A DNA stretch of 64,000 nucleotides, taken from Nitrospirota bacterium (GTDB lineage Bacteria > Nitrospirota > Nitrospiria > Nitrospirales > Nitrospiraceae). The position numbers and the translations under genes are program-made. How positions within the stretch are numbered: the first letter of the stretch is position 1; each line of letters opens with the position of its first letter. The notes beneath the pieces are model-generated. The model saw only the letters and a program-made list of their open reading frames with translations. It had not been told where the DNA came from and searched no databases. Positions 21,654 through 32,990 of the stretch are shown here, piece after piece. Location: positions 128,001 to 192,000 of the forward strand of contig CAVPGK010000017.1 in the NCBI GenBank assembly GCA_963703955.1, written 5' to 3'.

Positions 21654-22913
21654 TTACCCTAAGAACTGGGGGATCACTTCACCACGCACCAAATCCTCAT
21701 AGGTTTCTCGGGACCGGATTACGTGAATCTCTCCCTCTGTGACAAGAACCTCGGGTACGCGGGGCCGTGAGTTGTAATTCGACGCCATGACGAAACCGTA
21801 CGCCCCCGCGCTCATGACGGCCAGGAGATCCCCGGCTGGTGTTTCCGGCATCGGACGGTCCTTGGCCAAGAAATCACCGGATTCGCAAACCGGGCCGACG
21901 ACGTCAACGATGAGCGTATTGGTTCGCGATGCCTCTTTGACCGCACGGATCTCATGATAGGCTCCGTATAAGCTGGGCCGGATCAGATCATTCATAGCCG
22001 CATCCACAATCACGAAGCGCTTTGCCTCACTCTCTTTGGTGTACAGCACGCGTGTCAGCAGAACGCCGGCGTTGCCCGCGATCACGCGGCCCGGTTCCAT
22101 GATCAGCACGCATTTAAGGTCGCGCACTAACGGGAAAATGGCCCTCGCTAATTCCTGCGGCGGGGGCGGTACCTCATCGGAATAGGTAATGCCCAGTCCG
22201 CCGCCGATATTGATGTATCGGATGTTGGTGCCGTGCGCTTTCAACGCTTCAACCAAAGCGAGCACTGTCTTGAGCGAATCCACAAAGGGGCTGACTTCGG
22301 TGAGCTGGGAACCGATATGCGCGTGAACACCCACGACCTCGATGTGCTTGAGCGAAGCGGCCAGTATGAATTCCTCGATCGCTCGGTCCGCGCTGATTCC
22401 GAATTTGCTCTTCTTGAGACCGGTTGAAATATACGGATGGGTTTTCGGATCGATGTCGGGATTAATGCGCAGCGCCACGCGCGCCCGTCGGCCCATCTCG
22501 GCGGCCACATCATCGATCGCGCGCAATTCGGCGGAGGACTCGACGTTGAACATCAACACGTCGGCCTCGAGCGCCTGACGGATTTCGTCCCGGCTCTTGC
22601 CGACTCCGGCAAACACGATTTTGGACGGGACTACCCCGGCCTTCACCGCTCGGTAAAGCTCTCCGCCGGAGACAATGTCCGCCCCGCTCCCCTCCTTGGC
22701 CATCAAGCGAAGAATGGCCAGGTTGGAGTTGGCTTTCATCGCGAACGCGATGATGTGCGGCACATCCTTAAAGGCACTGTCAAAGGCTCGGAAGTGTCGG
22801 ACGAACGTGGCATGGCTGTAAACATAGCAGGGCGTGCCGACTTCTTTAGCAATGCGGGTAAGCGGCACCCCCTCGCAAGACAATTCGCCGTGCCTGTACT
22901 GAAAATCATGCAT
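21654..22913 (-). CDS. lysA: Diaminopimelate decarboxylase
   Basis: FAMKANSN, SKFGI, HAHIGSQ, EPGR, GPVCESGD, GAYG, SNYNSRPR. Confidence 0.96.
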   Translation of the reverse strand: MHDFQYRHGELSCEGVPLTRIAKEVGTPCYVYSHATFVRHFRAFDSAFKDVPHIIAFAMKANSNLAILRLMAKEGSGADIVSGGELYRAVKAGVVPSKIVFAGVGKSRDEIRQALEADVLMFNVESSAELRAIDDVAAEMGRRARVALRINPDIDPKTHPYISTGLKKSKFGISADRAIEEFILAASLKHIEVVGVHAHIGSQLTEVSPFVDSLKTVLALVEALKAHGTNIRYINIGGGLGITYSDEVPPPPQELARAIFPLVRDLKCVLIMEPGRVIAGNAGVLLTRVLYTKESEAKRFVIVDAAMNDLIRPSLYGAYHEIRAVKEASRTNTLIVDVVGPVCESGDFLAKDRPMPETPAGDLLAVMSAGAYGFVMASNYNSRPRVPEVLVTEGEIHVIRSRETYEDLVRGEVIPQFLG

Positions 22914-24792
22914 CCTGCCAGTCCTCTTCAAGCATTTCGAGGCCGGTCAGTGAGAATCCATCGAGCGCGGCTTCAAACGCCCCTTTGAACTTTCTATACC
23001 GGACCTTGGCATAAGGGGGCACCGCCTTCAGCGTCTCCCGGTCCAGAAGTGTGTGCAAGGCCCCTGGGGTTGCCTGGCGAAGATGCTCAAAGTTGACGAT
23101 GATGTCCATCTTCGCCTTCTCTGCCGCCTGCTTAATGCGCTTCAGCAACTCCTGTGCGCTGAGATGGTCGAGCGTCCCCTCAAGATCGATGAAGAGTGCG
23201 GCGAACCGATCGTGGCGCCGTGCCTTGATATCCAGCCACAGCTCCTGAGCGGGCGCGGTGGTTTCTCCGATCTTCTGCTTCAGCGCATGCAACGCATTGG
23301 GAATGAGTTGGTCCGTTTCGAACGTCGGCAGCTTCGCTTGCAGCCCTTTCAGAACCGCGGCCACCGGCGAGAGAGTTCCCTGCGGACACGCCCGCTTCAC
23401 GAGTTTCCGGAACTGCCGGTTCATCTCCCAACGAGCCACGAACCGTTGTTGGGTGGCGGACAAGCGGCGCCAGATCGAGGGCAGCGAGTAGAATTGGTGG
23501 TTGGCCCAGAAAAATCCCTCTTGAAGCTGCTCCGGCGTCATGCGGGTTGGGTAGTACACTACATGCTTGCCGTCGTACTTGGCCCAGTCTCGGTCAAAGA
23601 TCCGTCCGGCGCCGTTGTAGCGTTCGTACAACGCGGTGCCGGGGAGCGGGGTCAATACATTGAAGTACGCCAACTCCACGCGATTCTTTACCAAGAATTC
23701 CACGGCTCGCTCGAAGACCGATTCATCGTCATTGTCGAACCCAAAAACGATCCCGGGATTGACCATGATTCCATGGTCATGGAACATCTTGATCTCATCC
23801 GAGAACTTCTGGACGCGGTTGAACTGTTTGTTCGTTTCTTCCAGCGCATTTTCGTCGAGCGACTCCATGCCCACGAAGACCGACACGCAGCCGCTCTCGG
23901 CCGCGAGCTTCACCATCTCCTCGTCATCGCCCAAGAACAGCGTGGATTGGCATCCCCACTTGATGTTCAGAGGTTTCAATGCGGTCCACAGCTCCCGGCA
24001 ATACGCCCGGTTGCTGTTGTGGAGATCGTCCACAAAAGCGAAGATCGTCCCGTCCTCGATCCCGATTCGAATCCGCAGGGCGGTCACGAAAGCTTTCCAG
24101 AGCGAATCGTTTCGTATCCGCTCGACCAACTCGCTCCGGATCCATTGCTTGACCCGAGCGAGTTCTGGGACCACTTCCTGGACCGGTCGACGCCGCGTCG
24201 TTTTCCCGTTGAATGGGGAGACGCTGCAGAATTCGCAGTCAAAATGGCATCCGCGCGTGGTAAAGCTGCATTGCCGCGTCATGTAAGCATCCGGGCTCAA
24301 CAGTTCCACCCGCGGGCTCCTGTATTGTTCCAACGAAGGGAATGCCCCCATCTTGTAGACGCGCTTCATCATCCCGGCCTCGAAGTCGGCCACCAGCTGA
24401 GGCCACAGATCCTCCGCTTCTCCGCAGACGATCGCATCACAGTACCGGAGGGCTTCATCGGGGCAATAGGTCGGATGCACCCCTCCCAGGACGACGGTCT
24501 TGCCGCGTTTCCTGAACTCAGCGGAGATTTCATAGGCGCGTGGGGCGTAACAGGTCATGATTGATAAGCCGACGAGGTCGCATGGCTGATCGAAATCGAC
24601 ATCCTGCACGGCCTCATCGACCAGGACGACGTCCCAGCCGGAGGGCGTGTAGGCGGCAATCGTCGGTAGACTAAGCTTCGGAAACCAGACGGCGCGCCGC
24701 TCGCTAGCCGTGAGATGATACGGATTATTGCGCGGATACGGGTCAATGAGTAAAAGGGTGCGCGCCTTCTCTTTTGAACGAATAGGTTCCAT
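22906..24792 (-). CDS. B12-binding radical SAM protein with a C-terminal STAS-like extension
   Basis: B12-binding region (DLVGLS, GGVHPT, GEAEDLW) and the CxxxCxxC motif RGCHFDCEFC. Overlaps the lysA start by 8 nt. Confidence 0.88.
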   Translation of the reverse strand: MEPIRSKEKARTLLLIDPYPRNNPYHLTASERRAVWFPKLSLPTIAAYTPSGWDVVLVDEAVQDVDFDQPCDLVGLSIMTCYAPRAYEISAEFRKRGKTVVLGGVHPTYCPDEALRYCDAIVCGEAEDLWPQLVADFEAGMMKRVYKMGAFPSLEQYRSPRVELLSPDAYMTRQCSFTTRGCHFDCEFCSVSPFNGKTTRRRPVQEVVPELARVKQWIRSELVERIRNDSLWKAFVTALRIRIGIEDGTIFAFVDDLHNSNRAYCRELWTALKPLNIKWGCQSTLFLGDDEEMVKLAAESGCVSVFVGMESLDENALEETNKQFNRVQKFSDEIKMFHDHGIMVNPGIVFGFDNDDESVFERAVEFLVKNRVELAYFNVLTPLPGTALYERYNGAGRIFDRDWAKYDGKHVVYYPTRMTPEQLQEGFFWANHQFYSLPSIWRRLSATQQRFVARWEMNRQFRKLVKRACPQGTLSPVAAVLKGLQAKLPTFETDQLIPNALHALKQKIGETTAPAQELWLDIKARRHDRFAALFIDLEGTLDHLSAQELLKRIKQAAEKAKMDIIVNFEHLRQATPGALHTLLDRETLKAVPPYAKVRYRKFKGAFEAALDGFSLTGLEMLEEDWQDA

Positions 24793-24854
24793 GGACCTCT
24801 TCCTCCTCCTGTTGCGTCAGCGATCATTGGGACCGCACGTGAATCACGGGGGTT

Positions 24855-25214
24855 CTATCGGGGCGGAACCAAGATGGCTCCATCCGGTCGTGCGGCAGGG
24901 TCAGCCGCCTGATCCAGATCGTTCGGCTCCCCTGCTTTCTCCTCCTTGGTCGGTTGATCGACCACACCTTCTCGCTCTGGCACGGGCTTTCCCTTTTCTT
25001 CCTGGTCTTTCCTCAGCCGAGCTTCTTTCTCCAGTCGATCTCTCTCCTGAGCGTCCTTTTGCCGTTTTATGTTCACGCCGATATCTTCGGGCGCGACCAG
25101 TGGTCCGACCGTCCCGCAACTGACAAAGATTCCCACACTGCTTATCACAATCGTCCAGGTGGTCAAGAAGACCAATCTCACCCACCCACGCCAGGCGTTC
25201 ATTTCACCGGCCAC
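24855..25214 (-). CDS. Small lipoprotein (LptM/LppL/YifL-like)
   Basis: Lipobox FVS-C then CGTVGPLVAP, resembling CG.KGPL..P. The position near argH and lysA fits this family. Confidence 0.65.
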   Translation of the reverse strand: MAGEMNAWRGWVRLVFLTTWTIVISSVGIFVSCGTVGPLVAPEDIGVNIKRQKDAQERDRLEKEARLRKDQEEKGKPVPEREGVVDQPTKEEKAGEPNDLDQAADPAARPDGAILVPPR

Positions 25215-25217
25215 TCA

Positions 25218-26654
25218 TCACACGAGCGTCTTTTCCAATGCTTTGATCCGGGCCTCCACTCGCTTTCTCGCAGTCCCACCGATTTGTCCCTTTCGCTCGA
25301 GGGCTCCTTCCAGGGTGATCACGTCCAGCGCATCCTTCTCGAAACGGTCGGAGAACGATCGAAGATCACCGAGGGTCAAGGTTCTGAGATCCCGATGCCG
25401 GTCCAGGCAATACCTCACAATCCGTCCGCTGACGGCATGTGCTTCCCGGAAAGGGACACCTTTCGTGACAAGATAATCCGCGAGCTCGGTGGCCAAGAGG
25501 AAGCCGGAGTCGGCGGCTCGCGCCATCGCGGCACGGTGTATGGTGAGCCCTCTGATCAGCTCCATGTACAGTGAGAGCGACGCCATGACCGTATCCAGCG
25601 CGTCGAACAGCGACTCCTTATCCTCTTGCAAATCCCGGTTGTAACTGAGAGGCAAGCCCTTCATCGTCGTCAAGAGGCCGATAAGGTGACCGTACACCCG
25701 GCCGGTCTTCCCGCGGACCAACTCGGGAACGTCCGGGTTCTTCTTTTGCGGCATCATGCTGCTTCCCGTACAGAAGGCGTCGGGTAACTCGACAAACTGA
25801 AATTCCTCTGAGGACCACAAGACCAACTCTTCGCTCAGCCTCGATAGATGCATCATGATCAGGGACAGGGCCGACAAAGCCTCAACGACAAAGTCTCGAT
25901 CCGAGACGGCATCGAGGCTGTTGTCAGTGACCCGTGGAAACCCCAGCAGACGCGCTGTGTAGGCGCGATCGATGGGATAGTTGGTCCCGGCCAACGCGCC
26001 CGATCCAAGCGGCATGATATCAAGCCGTTTGAGGGCATCGCGCACCCGACCCTTGTCGCGTTCCAGCATCTCGACATACGCCAGGAAATGGTGGGCCAGC
26101 AAGATCGGCTGAGCCCGCTGTAAATGAGTATAGCCGGGCATGATCACGTCGAGGTGATGTCGGGCCTGAAAAACAAGCGCCTGCTCGACCCGAAGGATAT
26201 TGTCGAGCAAAGAAGCCAGCGCATCGCGAAGGTACAGGCGTATATCGAGCGCAACCTGATCGTTCCGGCTACGGCCCGTGTGGAGCTTGCCACCCAGCGG
26301 GCCGATCAGCTCCGTGAGCCGCCGTTCAACGGCCATGTGAATGTCTTCGTCCTCGGGCCGAAACGTAAAGCGATCCTCCGCAAATTCCGCTCGAACTCTT
26401 TCCAGCCCGCTGATCAACGTCGCCGCCTCGCGCCTGGACAGCACGCCGGCACGCTCGAGTGTCCTGCAGTGGGCGATGCTGCCGCGGATATCATGAGCGT
26501 ACAACCGACGGTCGAACGAGAGAGACGAGGTAAAGCGCTCGACAAGCTCATGGGTTCGCCCACGAAAGCGACCGGCCCAGAGTTTAGCGGATGGACTGGC
26601 TTCCATCTTTCTCATAGGCCGCGGTCTCATTTTTCTGCGTGAGCGCATGGGCAT
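25218..26654 (-). CDS. argH: Argininosuccinate lyase
   Basis: LWAGRF, HTGRSRNDQ, GYTHLQRAQP, GSSMMPQKKNPD. Start uncertain. Confidence 0.96.
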   Translation of the reverse strand: MPMRSRRKMRPRPMRKMEASPSAKLWAGRFRGRTHELVERFTSSLSFDRRLYAHDIRGSIAHCRTLERAGVLSRREAATLISGLERVRAEFAEDRFTFRPEDEDIHMAVERRLTELIGPLGGKLHTGRSRNDQVALDIRLYLRDALASLLDNILRVEQALVFQARHHLDVIMPGYTHLQRAQPILLAHHFLAYVEMLERDKGRVRDALKRLDIMPLGSGALAGTNYPIDRAYTARLLGFPRVTDNSLDAVSDRDFVVEALSALSLIMMHLSRLSEELVLWSSEEFQFVELPDAFCTGSSMMPQKKNPDVPELVRGKTGRVYGHLIGLLTTMKGLPLSYNRDLQEDKESLFDALDTVMASLSLYMELIRGLTIHRAAMARAADSGFLLATELADYLVTKGVPFREAHAVSGRIVRYCLDRHRDLRTLTLGDLRSFSDRFEKDALDVITLEGALERKGQIGGTARKRVEARIKALEKTLV

Positions 26655-26672
26655 TGGCCTTCGGTCACATTC

Positions 26673-27890
26673 CTATGACTTGCGGTCTTTGCGGCGCTGC
26701 GCGCGGATGGCCAGGCGCAACGCACTCAGGCGAATGAATCCTTCTGCATCCTTCTGGCGATAGGCCTCGTCTTCCTCAAACGTCGCAAGATCCAGCCGGT
26801 ACAGGGACCGATCCGACTTTCGACCGACCACGGTGCAACTTCCCTTATAGAGCTTGACCCGGACCGTGCCTGTGACGTCCTGCTGCGACTCGTCAAGCGC
26901 CTTCTGCAACATCTCCCGCTCCGGTGTGTACCAATATCCATAATAGATGAGTTCGGCATATCGCGGTGCCAGGCTGTCGCGGAGGTGGAGCACCTCCCGA
27001 TCCATCGTGATCGATTCCAATCCGCGATGCGCGGCGTGGAGAATCGTACCGCCCGGCGTCTCGTACACGCCGCGTGACTTCATCCCTACGTAGCGGTTTT
27101 CAACTAAATCCATCCGGCCGACGCCGTGCGCGCCACCGAGTTTGTTGAGATGAGCCAGTAGAACGGCCGGCGTCATCCGCTTACCGTCCACCGCAACAGG
27201 ATCGCCGTGCTCGTACTCGATCTCGACTTCGAGCGGCCTGTTCGGCGCCTTTTCCGGTGAGACCGTCATGTGAAAAATTTCGTCGGGCGGCGCTTCCCAC
27301 GGGTCTTCGAGAATCCCGCCCTCATAGCTGACATGAAACAGATTCAGATCCATGCTGTACGGCTTGGCCTTCGTGGCGGTGACTGGGATACCGTGAGCCG
27401 AGGCGTAATCGATCAACTCGCGGCGCGAGCGAAAGGTCCACTCGCGCCACGGCGCGATGATTCTGACTCGCGGATCGAGCGCCAAGTACGTGAGTTCGAA
27501 CCGAACCTGGTCATTGCCTTTCCCGGTCGCACCATGGGAGACCGCATCCGCCCCTTCCTTGCGGGCGAGCTCAATCTGTCGTCGCGCGATGAGAGGCCTA
27601 GCGATGGAGGTCCCCAAGAGATAGCCGCCTTCATAGACCGCATTCCCGCGCAGCATGGGAAAGATATGTTCCTTGACAAAGACCTCTCGAAGGTCCTCCA
27701 CATAGGCTTTGGAGGCGCCCACGGACAGAGCCTTGGCCTTGATCGCCTTGAGGTCTTCCCCTTGGCCGAGGTCCGCGCAAAAGGCAATGACCTGGCAGCC
27801 GTATGTCTCTTGGAGCCACTTGAGAATGACAGACGTATCAAGACCCCCGGAGTACGCCAGCACCACCTTCTTAACCGTGCCGCGTTTCAT
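26673..27890 (-). CDS. argG: Argininosuccinate synthase
   Basis: [36 protein letters not shown]. Confidence 0.97.
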   Translation of the reverse strand: MKRGTVKKVVLAYSGGLDTSVILKWLQETYGCQVIAFCADLGQGEDLKAIKAKALSVGASKAYVEDLREVFVKEHIFPMLRGNAVYEGGYLLGTSIARPLIARRQIELARKEGADAVSHGATGKGNDQVRFELTYLALDPRVRIIAPWREWTFRSRRELIDYASAHGIPVTATKAKPYSMDLNLFHVSYEGGILEDPWEAPPDEIFHMTVSPEKAPNRPLEVEIEYEHGDPVAVDGKRMTPAVLLAHLNKLGGAHGVGRMDLVENRYVGMKSRGVYETPGGTILHAAHRGLESITMDREVLHLRDSLAPRYAELIYYGYWYTPEREMLQKALDESQQDVTGTVRVKLYKGSCTVVGRKSDRSLYRLDLATFEEDEAYRQKDAEGFIRLSALRLAIRAQRRKDRKS

Positions 27891-27945
27891 CCGAACCTCG
27901 AAGGCTAGAGTAAAAGGGGAAAAGCAAAGAAGAGAGCGTGTTTGC

Positions 27946-28953
27946 TCACTTCTTACGTTTTCCTGTTACCGTGTTACGTGGCGACAGCAGTTCGACCAGA
28001 ATAGCTTTCTGCATGTGGAGCCGATTTTCCGCTTGATCTAAGACCACGGACTGCGGCCCGTCGAGAACGCCGGCGGTGATTTCTTGCCCTCGATGCGCCG
28101 GTAGGCAGTGCATCACAATGGCATCCGGACGAGCGCTCTTGAGCAGCCGTTCGTTGAGCTGGTAAGGGGTAAGCGTCTTGAGGCGGCGTGATTGCTCGCG
28201 CTCACGGCCCATGCTGATCCAGACGTCGGTATAGACTACATCCGCCTCTTTGACAGCGACATTCGGGTTCTCGGTGATCTGGATGGACGCTCCGGTCTGC
28301 TCCGCTTCGGCACGAGCCAGATCAACAATGTGTTGGTCCGGTTCATAGCCGTTCGGACATCCGAGGCTGATCGTCATCCCCATCTTGGAGGCGCATTCAA
28401 TCAGAGAGTTCGCCACGTTGTTCCCGTCTCCGACGTAGGCGATCTTTATGCCTTTGAGGCGCCCTCTCTTCTCGTGAATGGTGAGGAGGTCCGAGAGAGC
28501 TTGGCAGGGATGACACAGGTCCGTGAGCCCGTTGATCACTGGAATTGTCGCCTGGTGAGCCCACTCGTCGACAACGGCCTGGTCATAGGTTCGGACGACC
28601 AAGCCATCGAGGTAGCGTGAAAGCACGTGCGCGGTATCGGCGATGCTTTCACCTCGACAGAGTTGAATATCTGACGCCGATAAGAACAGGGACTGCCCGC
28701 CCAGCTGGTTCATGCCCGCTTCGAAGGACACGCGCGTGCGGGTGGAAGGTTTCTCGAACAGCAGCCCCAAGGTGGCGCCGGCCAGCGGTTGATAGAGCAC
28801 GCCACGTTGCCGCTTATTCTTCAGCTCGGTCGCCGCACGCAGAAGCTTCGCCACCTGATGCCGTGGGACGGCGCCCACCGTCAAGAGATCTTTCCCAAAT
28901 GCAGGAGAGGCCTTGCGGAGCACAGGCAACTGAGTCTTCCAGGATTGGTCCAT
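27946..28953 (-). CDS. argF: Ornithine carbamoyltransferase
   Basis: [31 protein letters not shown]. Confidence 0.96.
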   Translation of the reverse strand: MDQSWKTQLPVLRKASPAFGKDLLTVGAVPRHQVAKLLRAATELKNKRQRGVLYQPLAGATLGLLFEKPSTRTRVSFEAGMNQLGGQSLFLSASDIQLCRGESIADTAHVLSRYLDGLVVRTYDQAVVDEWAHQATIPVINGLTDLCHPCQALSDLLTIHEKRGRLKGIKIAYVGDGNNVANSLIECASKMGMTISLGCPNGYEPDQHIVDLARAEAEQTGASIQITENPNVAVKEADVVYTDVWISMGREREQSRRLKTLTPYQLNERLLKSARPDAIVMHCLPAHRGQEITAGVLDGPQSVVLDQAENRLHMQKAILVELLSPRNTVTGKRKK

Positions 28954-30146
28954 TACAATCGTTTCGTGACCACATCCTCCAGGACATCAAGGAGGCGGTC
29001 AATTTCGCGCTGGGTGATAATGAGGGGCGGTGCGAAGCGCAAGACTCGATCCATGGTGCAATTAATCAGCAGGCCGCGGATGAGGCAGTCGGCCACGACC
29101 GGATTTCCGTCGATAGTCAGTTCCATCCCTTGCAAAAGGCCCATGCCTCGCACGTCCTTGACGTTAGGCAAACGTTCCTTGATATCGAGTAGGCCTTTAG
29201 CAAAGTACTGGCCCACAGCTCGGCTATGGGCGAGGATCTTGCCCTCCAGGAGGACATGTAGCACCGCCAACGCGGCGCTGCATGTCAGGGGATTCCCGCC
29301 AAAGGTAGACGCATGGGTGCCCGGAGTGAAGGCCGCCGCCACCTCGTCGGTGGCCAGACACGCTCCGATCGGAACGCCTCCCCCCAAGCCCTTTGCAAGG
29401 GTCATGATGTCGGGGAGGACCCCGAATTGTTCATAGGCAAAGAGCGTTCCCGTCCGGCCCATCCCGGTTTGTACTTCATCGAAGATCAACAGGATATCCC
29501 GCTCGCGGCACAGGGCACGCAGACCTTCAAGATAGCTGCGTTCGGCGACATGGACGCCGCCCTCTCCTTGAATGAGTTCCAGCATGACGGCCGCTGTTGA
29601 ACCGCTGAGCGCCTTTTCCACGGCGGGCAGATCATTGAAAGGGACAAAGATGAAACCCGGGACGAGAGGCTCGAACCCTTTCCGGACCTTTTCCTGCCCG
29701 GTCGCCGACAGGGTCGCCATCGTCCGACCGTGGAAGGATTGCAGCATGGTGATGATCTCGTACCGGTCCGGGCCGTACTTCTGATGAGCATAACGCCGGG
29801 ACAATTTAATCGCCGCTTCGTTCGCCTCTGCGCCGCTGTTACAGAAGAACACCTTTTGGGCGAACGAGTGCTCGACCAGGGTTTGAGCCAGCTTCACCTG
29901 CGGCTCTGTGAAATACAGATTGGAGGCGTGGAGGAGATGCTGCGTCTGCTTTTGAATTGCGGCGACGACGTCGGGGTGCGAGTGACCGAGGACGTTGACG
30001 GCGATTCCGGCGACAAAATCAAGGTATTCGCGCCCTTCCAGATCATAGACACGACTCCCTCGTCCGCGCACGATGGAGATGGGTATGCGCGCATAGGTAT
30101 TCATCAGATACCGCTCGGCGTCGCGTCGTAATTCTTCAGTGGGCAT
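28953..30146 (-). CDS. argD: Acetylornithine aminotransferase
   Basis: NSGAEANEAAIK, FHGRT, DEVQTGMGRTG, LAKGLGGG. Confidence 0.95.
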   Translation of the reverse strand: MPTEELRRDAERYLMNTYARIPISIVRGRGSRVYDLEGREYLDFVAGIAVNVLGHSHPDVVAAIQKQTQHLLHASNLYFTEPQVKLAQTLVEHSFAQKVFFCNSGAEANEAAIKLSRRYAHQKYGPDRYEIITMLQSFHGRTMATLSATGQEKVRKGFEPLVPGFIFVPFNDLPAVEKALSGSTAAVMLELIQGEGGVHVAERSYLEGLRALCRERDILLIFDEVQTGMGRTGTLFAYEQFGVLPDIMTLAKGLGGGVPIGACLATDEVAAAFTPGTHASTFGGNPLTCSAALAVLHVLLEGKILAHSRAVGQYFAKGLLDIKERLPNVKDVRGMGLLQGMELTIDGNPVVADCLIRGLLINCTMDRVLRFAPPLIITQREIDRLLDVLEDVVTKRL

Positions 30147-30300
30147 GGAAATGGATGATAATTGGGAAAAGGTAACACAAGGGTCCTGATGAGCGCAATA
30201 GAAACTGTTTGAGCCGGACTCCGTATCTTCTTCTCTCTGTTGAACTTTTCCATCTTCCTTGCTTGAGCCGATGAATGGCTCGATGCTATAACTTCACTGC

Positions 30301-30918
30301 GTGAAGGCCTGTGAAAAATGTGCCCAGCAGAATCCGGATGACGCCCTCTTCTGTCAGCAATGCGGCGCGTCCTTTTCTGCCGACTCCTCCCCATCGCTTG
30401 ATGAAGGACAGGTCTGGCGGGCCTTCATCGGTCCGAACGCCGACCGATATTTCGACCAGTTTCGCAAATTCACGACCGGCGCCACCCCTCGATTTGCCTT
30501 GACCTGGCACTGGCCGGCCTTTCTCGTCGATCCCTTCCTCTGGTTTCTATACCGCAAGATGTATCTCTACGCGCTGGTCTATGCGGTGGGACCGGTGGTA
30601 TCGGCCTATGTGACAGGAGATTTCACGGTCGGCATTGTGTGGCGCATCATGGCCGGCGTCAGCGCCAACTACATCTACTATTGGCACGTGAAGGAACATG
30701 TAGTGTCGATCAGCGCGAAAAGGCATCTTGATGCCGCCGCGCAGGAGAGACTGTTGCGCGATCTCGGTGGAGTTCAGCCGTACGTGATATGGCTGGGGGT
30801 GGCCCTCCACGTATTGCTCGTGGCGATGATGATCATGGTTGCGCGCGAAGGCCCGCCGGACGGGGAAAAGTTCAAGCCAGAAAACCCGAAGCCATCTCCC
30901 GCCAGTTTCATCATCTGA
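30301..30918 (+). CDS. Zinc-ribbon + DUF2628-like membrane protein
   Basis: CEKC...N...FCQQCG and WHWPAFL..PFLWFLYRKMY, with TM segments. Confidence 0.8.
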   Translation: MKACEKCAQQNPDDALFCQQCGASFSADSSPSLDEGQVWRAFIGPNADRYFDQFRKFTTGATPRFALTWHWPAFLVDPFLWFLYRKMYLYALVYAVGPVVSAYVTGDFTVGIVWRIMAGVSANYIYYWHVKEHVVSISAKRHLDAAAQERLLRDLGGVQPYVIWLGVALHVLLVAMMIMVAREGPPDGEKFKPENPKPSPASFII

Positions 30919-31057
30919 TCTCCCTTGTCTACCATAGGCTTCTCAAGGAGGCAGAATCTCACCCGCCCGGTTAGGACTCGCAGCTTCTTCTCACTCCCTT
31001 TCGGGTAAGATCTCGCCAGCAACTGGTAACGGCACTTCTGCGCCCGCCTTCTCTTTT

Positions 31058-31894
31058 TCAGCCGCCTGATTGGGTGCGAGAAATTTGCCACGTGAACCAC
31101 GCCCGAAACCAGTCGAAATCATGCTGATAGGCTGTGCCGGTTGGCTCGGTTGCCGAAGGTTTGTGTTCAAGCCGGGTGTAGGTACGGGGCCAATTCTTTT
31201 GCCACCATGACTTGAGCTCGTCCGACGCGTAAACGCTTCCAGCCGACTGGCGAATGCCGGCGGCACCGACCACATCGGCGATCAGCGGCCAGTACCGGTC
31301 TTTTCCCGCCCCCAAAGCCCTCAAATGCTCTCGGAGCAGGAAGACAACCCAGAGTTCGGCGCTGTTTTTCTTGTTGTGTTTGAACGGCTGTGTTTGGCGC
31401 AGGGGAATCGGATCAAAGTTCTTGATGACGGACGTGTAGTCAGGACCGCCGTAGCTTCCCGCGAATTCCGCAATACCCTCGATCATGCGGGCCAACTCGA
31501 CTTCGGCCACCGGCGGTGGGGCAGGTTCCGTGGGTGGTGTAAACGGATTCGAGGCGGTCAGGAGTTCAATCAAAGGCTTCAGCTCGCGCAGGCGACCCGC
31601 TGCGTTCTTGAGGATTTGTTCCGACTCCAACCAATAGTCTTGATCATTCTTGGTCATCCGTTCTCGGCCGGGAGGCGGTAGGACGGTCGGTAACCAATAG
31701 CGCATGAGCACAAAAAGAACGTAGTGAATGTCAGCGCCGACTCGATCGAGTCGCACGAGGACTCCGTCCTGCCCCAGCGCATTCTTAAAAAAAGACTGAA
31801 CCTGCTCGGTGACGTCGAGACGGTGGGCCATGTCGACCCACCATGCTTCAATTTCCTGCCAGGGCGGCTGTGGTGATTCCTGCATGGATATCAC
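31058..31894 (-). CDS. Hypothetical protein
   Basis: 278-aa ORF filling the gap between two genes; no motif recognised. Confidence 0.7.
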   Translation of the reverse strand: MISMQESPQPPWQEIEAWWVDMAHRLDVTEQVQSFFKNALGQDGVLVRLDRVGADIHYVLFVLMRYWLPTVLPPPGRERMTKNDQDYWLESEQILKNAAGRLRELKPLIELLTASNPFTPPTEPAPPPVAEVELARMIEGIAEFAGSYGGPDYTSVIKNFDPIPLRQTQPFKHNKKNSAELWVVFLLREHLRALGAGKDRYWPLIADVVGAAGIRQSAGSVYASDELKSWWQKNWPRTYTRLEHKPSATEPTGTAYQHDFDWFRAWFTWQISRTQSGG

Positions 31895-32034
31895 CGAGGA
31901 AGATCCAACACGACGATAGGCTCACAACAAGGGCATCGTATCTCCGGTTCGGCATGATTGCAACAAACCTGACGGATTGCGTATCCTATCAGCGCGACGC
32001 AGCCATCACATGATTGAACATGGAGGTTGGTGAG

Positions 32035-32640
32035 ATGGGGGGCCTAGTTCTTCTTCGGCACGGGGAATCACAATGGAATCTGGAAAACCGCTTTACAGGA
32101 TGGGTCGACGTGCCCCTGTCTCCGAAAGGAGAGCAGGAAGCTCGCATCGCCGGTAAGAAATTGACGGCCTATCGTTTTGATCGGGCCTTTGCGTCCGTGC
32201 TTACACGAGCCATCGATACGCTGCGGATTGTCCTAGAGGTGATCGGGCAGACGAATATCCCGATCGAAAAGGACCAGGCGTTGAACGAGCGCATGTATGG
32301 AGACCTACAAGGCCTCAACAAAGCCGAGACCGCCCAAAAGTACGGGGAGCAGCAGGTCAAGCTGTGGCGACGCAGCTACGACATCCGTCCGCCGGGCGGG
32401 GAAAGCCTGAAAGATACGGCGGATCGAGTGCTGCCCTACTACGAGCAGCGCATCAAGCCCCACATGTTGGCGGGAGAAACGGCGTTGATCGCCGCTCACG
32501 GGAATAGCCTGCGGGCTTTGGTCATGCATCTTGACCGGCTCACGCCCGAGCAAATCCTTGAACTGAATATTCCGACGGGCGCGCCGCTCTTGTATGAGGT
32601 CGATCGGGCGGGGAAGATCCTCGGTCATCGGTACCTCTGA
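32035..32640 (+). CDS. gpmA: 2,3-bisphosphoglycerate-dependent phosphoglycerate mutase
   Basis: [37 protein letters not shown]. Confidence 0.95.
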   Translation: MGGLVLLRHGESQWNLENRFTGWVDVPLSPKGEQEARIAGKKLTAYRFDRAFASVLTRAIDTLRIVLEVIGQTNIPIEKDQALNERMYGDLQGLNKAETAQKYGEQQVKLWRRSYDIRPPGGESLKDTADRVLPYYEQRIKPHMLAGETALIAAHGNSLRALVMHLDRLTPEQILELNIPTGAPLLYEVDRAGKILGHRYL

Positions 32641-32990
32641 TCATAGGATCAACCGAAAAGGTAGTGGTCTCCTTCAAGTTGGCCGATCGTCTCCGTCTGG
32701 ATCAGATCGACAAACAAGGCCAGCAGCTTCTGGCGGTCCTCGGCGTGGGCGACCTGCTCCGACTCCAAGAGAACCATCCTCCGTCCTTCATTTCGATCCA
32801 GGAAAACCCCACATCGTGACTCGGGTTTTTCAACCCAGGATGGCGTTCCGTCGGGAAACTTTGTCGATACGACACGGTCGCAAGCTTCTCACAATCCAAT
32901 GCCGCTTGCGGTAGGAAGGACACTGATCTGTTTGACGCAATGCCGGTCTTGGCGACCCAGACGCCGACCGAAGCGATAAGAAGTACGAGC

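Noticed and set aside
23053..24564. 503-aa plus-strand ORF (and similar long antisense ORFs such as 377-1339 and 54937-55818)
   Set aside because: These are shadow ORFs opposite well-supported genes in GC-rich DNA, with no recognisable motifs.
32655..32690. att-site duplicate of the tRNA-Arg 3' end
   Set aside because: Short, weak similarity in the wrong orientation for a direct repeat.
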